From Conidiobolus incongruus B7586 (Eukaryota): DNA of 59,346 bases. Of the stretch, positions 51,901-59,346 are shown one piece after another. The translations under genes were made by a program, and so were the position numbers. The notes beneath the pieces are model-generated. The model was not told where the DNA came from. It worked only from the letters and a program-made list of their open reading frames with translations, and made no database searches. Location of the stretch: positions 1 to 59,346 of the forward strand of contig JNEM01011400.1 of NCBI GenBank assembly GCA_000697335.1. The letters run 5' to 3'. The first letter of the stretch is position 1. The number at the start of each line of letters is the position of its first letter.

Positions 51901-53165
51901 AATTCCGCTGAACTTTTGGATCTCTTCTTCGAACTTCTGTTGCAGCTCTGTCTGTTAAAATTGTTAATAATATAGATTATATCATGATAATCTATAAGGT
52001 TACCAATTTCGATTCGGACTCTTTGGCTTTTACGCTACTTTCGAGTATATAATATTGAAACAATGTAGATTTTTTAAGGGTAACGTTATTTTCCATTGTG
52101 ATATAAGACTCAGCTATCTGCTTGGTACTCTCTAAAGAGTTCTTTTCCTTTTCGACAATTTTAAGTCTTGTCAATTTTTCGGATCGAGCTTCATTGAGTC
52201 TATCAAGGTTTTGACCAGCTTCTTCGATAGGCTGTTTATACTTTGAAGTTCCAATAATATCTTCCAAGTACTCCAAAAGACCATCTTCATGAGGATTGGA
52301 TGCCTTCGCTTTCATCTGAGATATCGATTCGACTTCACCTTGTAGAATCAAAAATCTTTTATGATCCAAATCAATACCCTTTCCTTTTAAAAGAGTAGTA
52401 ACATCAGTATAGGAGCTGACTTGGTTATTTATAAAATATTTGCTAGTATTATTCAGATAAGCAGTACGCTTAATAATAAGCTCAGTGTTTGGAACAAATT
52501 CATAATCCTCCCCCTATAAAAAATTTTAATTAAGTAATAATCATAAATTAATTTAATAAATAATACTTTATCTAAAATCTCTTGAAAATGTACTTCAACT
52601 GAGCAATCATTGAATTTTTGAGCATTCTTAGAATTATGAATAAGCTCAGACAATTTCCCTTGCCTCATTTTACTAGCTCTATAGCCGAATACAAATAATA
52701 ATGAGTCGATGACATTGGATTTTCCAGAGCCATTAGGTCCAACAATTGAGGTAAAATTCTAAATAATATGTTAAATTTAAGGTAAAAATGGATAAAATTG
52801 CATAAAAATACTTTATGAAAAGGACCAATAACTTGAATACCAGCATAAGACTTGAAGTTTTCCAATACCATTTGGGTTATAATTAGTCTTTTAGTTGGTT
52901 CAAAAGGTTTTTGAGATTTAACCGATTGGCGTTGGGAAAGTCTTCTGGAAGCCATCGACAGCCTGGGTTCAGACTTTTTATTTTGAGTACTATCAACGTT
53001 TACTTCGTTAGACTCAGATCTAGAATAATTATTATCAACATTTGTAGTTTCATTAGTTTCAGAGCTTTGGGTATCATTATTTTGAGCATCAACTGGCACA
53101 ATAGGCTCGGAGTTTGCATTATTAATATTATTAAAGTTTATCTCTTCATTAATTTGCTTTTCCAT
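48913..53165 (-). CDS. SMC4: Condensin subunit SMC4, multi-exon
   Basis: NFKSYAG...GPFHK, Walker A IVGPNGSGKS, RFLILQGEVESI, hinge GRLGSLG...IDKSGTMTGGG, signature LSGGEK, Walker B MDEIDAALD. Confidence 0.97.
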
Positions 53166-53651
53166 TGAAAGAAATTATTAACTGAATTTAAAGATATTAA
53201 ATGATTGATTATTAATTTTGATTTATATCCCTAGTTGAATGAAATATAATATAATATTATTTATCATAATAATTATGGGATAATTAGATTATAATATGCC
53301 TAAATCTATTGATCAGAACGTCAATCATTAAAATTAGCAATTATTAAATATTTGTGTGATTTATTGCTTATATTGAGCTACCTAATTTATTAATCTGTGC
53401 TTTGTTTTGTATTGGATTTTATATTTTATCCATTATATAATTCAAACAATATAAAAACATATTTTTTAAAAGTAAATTTCTTGATATTAATTTGATTAGT
53501 ACTAAAAATATTTATTATTAAACCGTAAATTAGAGCATTAGTAAAAAGATCAATTTGATTATGAAAAATCATAATTATATTAGAAATAAATAAAAAATTT
53601 ATTACATCCAGGATATTGATTGAATCTTTATTTAAAACTTTTCATATAATA

Positions 53652-53723
53652 TGACGAGTGAGAGACTCGAACTCCCAGCCTTCCGCTCTGGAGGCGGACG
53701 CGCTACCATTGCGCCAACATGTC
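53652..53723 (-). tRNA. tRNA-Trp(CCA), intronless, with two acceptor-stem mismatches
   Basis: GACATGT TG GCGC AATGGTA GCGC G TCCGC CT-CCA-GA GCGGA AGGCT GGGAG TTCGAGT CTCTC ACTCGTC A folds into a cloverleaf; A and B boxes are intact; TTTT lies about 15 nt downstream. Confidence 0.92.
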
Positions 53724-53733
53724 ATTAATTTGC

Positions 53734-54042
53734 TGTCACATATCTAATCCCATTTCTCCTAAGTCTCATAACATTTTACCAATAGAATCATATCACATGC
53801 ATATGACTCTATCTTAATTCTGGTATTAGTGTATAAATACCGTCTTTGGTACAATAACTAAGCTTTGGCTTGTTATTGTGTGAAATATCTACAATATACT
53901 TTATATTTGTTCTTAACATATTTCTCTTTATTAGTAGTCTACCTACCAATGCACAGTATAGTTCTAGTTGTGTGGGTCATGGGTTGATGACAACTCCCAG
54001 TAGATCATGATCTCAGCGGCAGTGCCACTGAGTGCTGTGACA
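53734..54042. mobile_element. Solo LTR (309 bp) immediately upstream of tRNA-Trp
   Basis: Termini TGTCACA...TGTGACA form a 7-bp inverted repeat with TG..CA ends; flanked by TTTGC/TTTGT (5-bp TSD with one mismatch); internal TATAAATA at about 53833; GC is higher than the flanks. Confidence 0.75.
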
Positions 54043-54977
54043 TTTGTTATATCAAGTTTATTATATTTGCATTAATTATCAATCCAGTACACCAATCTCA
54101 TGAATTTTTTCAATTTGTCAAAACAAAGTATTAGTTATTGTTTCAATATTTTTAGATATTTTTATTTCAAATAATAAGTTAATATCAATAACCGTCTCAT
54201 ATCTTTACTTTCAACCAAATTCTCCTACTTTGACATATATTAATTTTTATATTTTTTACTCATCAGATTGTATATTATGTATTTATACTATTCAATAGTT
54301 AATTATATTTAAGAATTTCTTGAATAATAGTATATCGAAAATCATAACAAAGAAATTTGTTCTTAATATTAATTGAATATTGAATTAATTAATTACTATT
54401 TGATATAATGCTCTGCGAGTAAAACGTAATTTCTATATTATTAGTTATATACTCATATGATATATTGAATATAAAATCAAAGTAACTAATACTCTGATTG
54501 GATTAGTTAATTTCAATATATAAGATTGTACTTGTTAAGGTCGAATTGGAAGTATTATTTGAATTAATTGCAATTGTAAAGCAAAATATTTAATATATGC
54601 TTTAAAAACTCTTAAGTATAGTATTAAGTTTAAAAAATCAACTTGTATAAAACCTCGAAAATTAACGATCTAAGCATTAGTTTTAATTACTGTGTTTAGT
54701 TAGATATTTTGATTCAAAATCTATTAATGAATTTCAAATAAAATATGAAATATATCAGAGTGAAAGAAGTATTTTGTTAAAATTATCAGCCAATATTTAT
54801 TAAATATGATCATATAACATGCCGAAGATGTTTTTAAATCATTAAAGATCGGATTATCTGATACAATTAATCATTATATAATCCCACTATTTGAAATTTA
54901 TATTTAATCAACATAAATTTTTAACCCAATCGGCCGCAAAAATCCAAATTCCATTAAATTCTAAAATATTCTAAAGA

Positions 54978-55736
54978 ATGATTGCTCGCGCTGCCGTACA
55001 TAACATTTCTAAATTAGCTTTAAGATCTACTTTACGTCAAGTCAAGGTCGTTGCTCCCCTTGCCAAACTCTCTCTTCGTACTTTTGCCACTACTCCCATC
55101 CGTGCCGCCAGTGCCGGTCTTGTTGATTCCGATTTGGCTCACAAACTCAACGAAGAACTTCAATTCGAAAAGGAAGAAGGCGATATTGAAATCAGCGAAG
55201 CCATGAAGGAATACATTGACAAGTCTCCCTTCAAGATTCATGACGTTGAAGGTCATGATGAAGTTACCTTAACCCGCCAATTTGGTAACGAAAAGGTCGA
55301 CGTCATCTTCTCTATCAAAGATATTGGCTCCTTGCCCGTCGATGATGTCGATGTTGATGAAGGTGAAGTTGTTGATGACCTTGGTAACGCTCCTATCCGC
55401 TGTGCTATTATCATCTCCAAACCCAACGGTGGTTCCTTAAGCATTGACACTGTCATTGACAGCGATTACTTCAACATCGAAGGTATCACCTACTTCAAGG
55501 ATGGCAAGTTGGCTGCCGAAGATACTGCTGAAGCTGACTGGGCTCGTCGTGCCGTCTACGGAGGTCCCATCTTCGCCGACTTAGACGAAAGTTTACAAAT
55601 TTTATTCGAACGCTACTTACAAGAACGTGGTATTACTACCGATCTCGCCTTATTTATCCCCAACTACATCCAATACAAAGAACAAAAGGAATATCTCAAA
55701 TGGTTGAGCAATGTCCATGACTTTATCAAGGCTTAA
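54978..55736 (+). CDS. MAM33: Mitochondrial acidic matrix protein Mam33/p32 (C1QBP family)
   Basis: Arg-rich presequence, acidic body, YGGPIFADLDESLQILFERYLQERGI...YKEQKEYLKWL. Confidence 0.94.
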   Translation: MIARAAVHNISKLALRSTLRQVKVVAPLAKLSLRTFATTPIRAASAGLVDSDLAHKLNEELQFEKEEGDIEISEAMKEYIDKSPFKIHDVEGHDEVTLTRQFGNEKVDVIFSIKDIGSLPVDDVDVDEGEVVDDLGNAPIRCAIIISKPNGGSLSIDTVIDSDYFNIEGITYFKDGKLAAEDTAEADWARRAVYGGPIFADLDESLQILFERYLQERGITTDLALFIPNYIQYKEQKEYLKWLSNVHDFIKA

Positions 55737-56084
55737 ATCTTATTAAATTCATATAAAGTATATATATAAAATTACAGATAAAAATAGACTATATATTTAA
55801 TATTTAATAGCCAACTATATTTTTCCATTTTATCACTATAATTTATATTAAATTTTGATGAAACATTTAGAGAATTATATATTTCAGTACCTCTGACTAT
55901 TAGTTATAATAACATTCATACAATTTATATAAATGAAGTCTTTTTTTGGAGAGTTATAATAGAAAAGCATTTAGGATATGCGTCAAAATTTAAAATAATA
56001 TTTAAAGCTAAAACTAAAGTTTTGTATTTAATAAATGAATTTATTAATAATTTGACTCCTTGAAGAATAAAAATACTAAAATAA

Positions 56085-56438
56085 TTATTTTTCTTTACTT
56101 AGTTCCTTTAAAAAATCAGATAATTCTTTGTCATTATTAGAATTATTGCCATTGTCATTCTCTTGTGTAATGCTAGGTTTTTTAATCGATATATTGGGTA
56201 AATAATTTCCGTAATGATATTGAATTAAATCGAATAAACTATCTTTAGAAGGCCTTGAGCTAGGTTTGTCAAGAGAAGTTTGAGATCTTTCATATAAAAT
56301 ATAACTTGCAATCCCAATTACACATGATACTAACAAATCTCCTTTACTACATCAAAAGTTATTTATTAGTATATAATCAATAGTTTCCATTCTTCAATCT
56401 TACGGTGAAATAATATGAGTAAATCTTTTCACAGCCAT
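56085..56438 (-). CDS. NCE101: Nce101-like small membrane protein (2 exons)
   Basis: Spliced MAVKRFTHIISP|KGDLLVSCVIGIASYILYERS resembles the NCE101 family pattern (I/L)IS..D...G..SY..YER; GTAAGA...TAG intron. Confidence 0.65.
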
Positions 56439-56444
56439 AAAAGC

Positions 56445-56472
<28 letters not shown>
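56445..56472. repeat. (AT)n microsatellite 6 bp upstream of the NCE101-like start codon
   Basis: Perfect AT run adjacent to the ATG at 56438. Confidence 0.9.
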
Positions 56473-56475
<3 letters not shown>

Positions 56476-56820
56476 TTGAAACCTAGAATTATAATAATTT
56501 ATTAAATGACCTTCTAAATTTTTATTATAATTTTGAATTATTATGGGACAATAGTACAGATTCAGCTTGACATTTTGTCACAAAAATTAAAAAATCACTC
56601 TATAAATAGTTATCAAGTTTCCTTGTAGAATAAACTATGTAAAATATATTGATTATTTACACTAAACGAAGCCATATCTAATGTGTCTATAGTATTTTTG
56701 AAAACTTGTATTAGCAATATTCGATTTAACATTATTTAAGTTTATTAAGCTAATTTACAATTAAAATTGATAATCAGCTTATTAACTGATATATTATACA
56801 TTGATTGATTTCAAAAAAAA

Positions 56821-58166
56821 TCATTTCTTTGAATATATAATCCTAGTAACTGTAACCGGACTAAGTGGGGTGGATTTTTTCTCTTCCTTATTTTGAGGGG
56901 AATTGAAAGGTGCTTTCTTCGAAATACAAGATTTCTTGGGAGCGTTGACTTTGGTCTTGACTGGAGAGCAGAATCTTTCACCAAGTGTAATGGATTGATT
57001 TTTGTGAAATTCTTTATACTGAGGTACATCGTTCCAGGTGATTTTTCTGAATTTTTTGGGTGACTCCATGGAATCATCACAGTCAGCATCATTTTCACCA
57101 TCACTTTGTATCGTAATGGGCGCTGGCGATTCTTTATTTTTTTCAGATGCGCTCTTGGTAATGGTGACATAGTGCTTGTCTCGAAGGCTAATGATATTCT
57201 TTTCAGTGTTTTCCTTGGTGATTAACTCTAATTCATCCATTGAATCAGAAGGTGGTTCAACTTCAAGCTTCTTGGGCTTGGGCTTGGGCTTGGCCTTTTT
57301 AGGAGGCGCAAAATAATGTTTTCTCGGTTTCCTTCGTTTCCTAGTTGTTTTTGGCTTGGATGATGAACCTGAGTCTGAATTAATAGACTGTGAAGACTCT
57401 AAATCGGAGGATAGATCTAATAATGGAAGGATTAAATATCCGAAAATTATAATAACTACAGATTAAAGTTACCCGACTGTTCAAGACTCTTCTTTTTAAT
57501 ATACAATGGTTTATGTATCAATCCATCTATTTCATCCTCTGTTGATAAATTAACAGAATCAATTGAATAAAGTGATAGCAGCTCTGGATTAGATAGTCGA
57601 TTTTGAGAATCACTAGGTAGTTCGCTTATTTGGCTATCGGAGTTATTCGTAAGATTTGGTAATGAAAATGAATTCGATTCAGGCTCAGTTTGACCTAATT
57701 TAATATTCATATCATCATTATTGTGTTCAGAATGCTCATGATTTTTTGAGATGTTTGATTCATATCTTTGGTCATTTTCTGAGATAGTATCTATTTCTGT
57801 TGAAATATTCGAGACTAGTTCAGATTCATTCGAAGAAATTTGCGCATTTTCGGAGCATACCTTAAAAGAATCGGACAATACCCTTTGCTCTATATCTTGG
57901 TTGCAATTATTCGATCCTATTTTTTTAGAAATTGAATAGTCTTTGAAACCAAGCTCATAATCGAATATAAGTTTACGAACAGGCGATGAAGAATGTGTTA
58001 TATTTGAACTGTCAGTTGTTGTAACAAAATTACTAGCCTCGACATTTTGAATATTATTCGAATTTATAGAAATTTCATTCTGAAGATCATTATCAGGATA
58101 ATTTGTGGCTGACGAATATAATGTTACTGGGGAATTAAATGAGGCCTTGGCAGAAGTGGAACCCAT
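56821..58166 (-). CDS. Uncharacterised low-complexity protein with basic NLS-like patch and RVxF-like motif (intron 57417-57472)
   Basis: A GTAACT...TTAG intron joins the two ORF-track frames in frame. The N-half is Ser/Asn/Glu-rich, followed by RKRRKPRK, a KPKPKP repeat and RKITW. Confidence 0.72.
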
Positions 58167-58421
58167 TGCTCATTCGATCTAAAGGAATGAAAATAAATTA
58201 ATTGTTTAAAAGTATTATTATTTGTATAAATATTATATATAAAAAAGTATTAACAGAAAAATAGAATGATTGATATCTTAAGAATGAATTTATCAATTTA
58301 TCCATCAACAGAAGATGATGGGATTAAATATTCAAACCCATATTTTCCTTTTTTAGAAAAGTGCTATTTAATAAAGTGGGATAGTGGCATTTGAGTCATT
58401 TGACTATAGATTAAATTTAAC

Positions 58422-59346
58422 ATGCTTTTGAATTATAATACGATTTTGGTAATTATGAGTTAATTTATATCCTTTGTGTTTTAATTAATATCAAATAGGA
58501 TAGTGATAAGTTGACTTTAGTTCCTTATCGACCTGAGCATGTTGCTAAATATCATGATTGGATGGAAGATGAAGAGATTAGAGGTATTTAGTACTAATTA
58601 CTCTACTTAAAAAAATTACTCACTTTTTTAAATCATAGAACAAACAGCTTCGGAGAGGCTTACTTTGGAGGAAGAATATGAAATGCAAGAAAGCTGGAAA
58701 AATGATCAAGATAGTAATACACATAATATTATTTTATATCAAATACAAATAACTAAAAATCAATCAATAGAATGTACTTTTATTATTCTCGATAAGGTAC
58801 AAGAGTTATCAGTTGAATCAAAAGAAATTTTAAAACCAAGTAGAATTTTAAACTCAAGTAATTAACAATATACTAAGCATAACCAATATAGAAATGATTG
58901 GTGATGTTAATATATTTATTCATGATTTTGATGGTGAAAAACATGGCGAGCTAGAATTAATGATTGCTGGTAATATCAACAATGAACACTAATTTATTCT
59001 CAAAATTGACGCTTTATATAGAGAAAGATTATAGAACAAAAGGATATGGAACTCAAGCTATATTCCTAATGATGGCATATGGTATAGTCATCGAAATTAG
59101 TTTTCTAATTAGCTTTAACTCATTTAACTTAAATAGGCCATTTGAAAATTGGATTGAAGCGATATGAAGTCAAAATTGGTATAGAAAATCAAGCTAGTAT
59201 TAACTTGTTCAAGAACAAACTTGGTTTTGAACAAATCAGCTTCTCGCAAGCTTTCCAAGAGGTTACATTGGAGTTACTTATAGAAGAAGGTAAATCATAT
59301 CCCTGGATTGAGCTATACCAAAAAGCTAAGAAATTGGAATATGATT
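58422..59346 (+). CDS. NAT9: N-acetyltransferase 9-like GNAT, multi-exon, 3' end at the window edge
   Basis: Spliced LVPYRPEHVAKYHDWMED...TASERLTLEEEYEMQESW..D.DKCTFII...MIGDVNIF...ELELMIAE..YRTKGYG...KIGIENQASINLF..KLGF. Confidence 0.92.

Noticed and set aside
1..59346. CRISPR arrays, rRNA genes or prokaryotic operons
   Set aside because: No regularly spaced repeats or rRNA sequence were seen; the genes are spliceosomal-intron-containing eukaryotic genes.

Overview
AT-rich, intron-rich eukaryotic genomic DNA with short (~45-120 nt) GT-AG introns. The gene set and composition fit an early-diverging fungus, plausibly Entomophthoromycotina/Conidiobolus-like (inference). The window holds about 20 protein-coding genes: an LRRC58-like LRR/BC-box protein, KGD2, SSS1, UBC7, Mpv17/SYM1, ELYS-like, cytochrome b5, a divergent centrin, pyroglutamyl peptidase I, a Cys-rich membrane protein, RNF121-like, a PPR protein, two tandem cytochrome b561 genes, a dual-targeted carnitine acetyltransferase, SMC4, MAM33, NCE101-like, a disordered protein with an RVxF motif, and NAT9. 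It also holds two pseudogenes (ECM15/UPF0045 and PEX6) and a tRNA-Trp with a solo LTR inserted 10 bp upstream. The most notable non-coding element is a three-member box C/D RNA cluster at 24.1-24.7 kb. Its first member looks like an snR4-type guide for 18S rRNA cytidine acetylation (ac4C1280); the other two are paralogous methylation guides offset by 2 nt. An oriented ATCCCATAA-like motif recurs upstream of most start codons. All translations and pairings were done by eye and no database searches were run.
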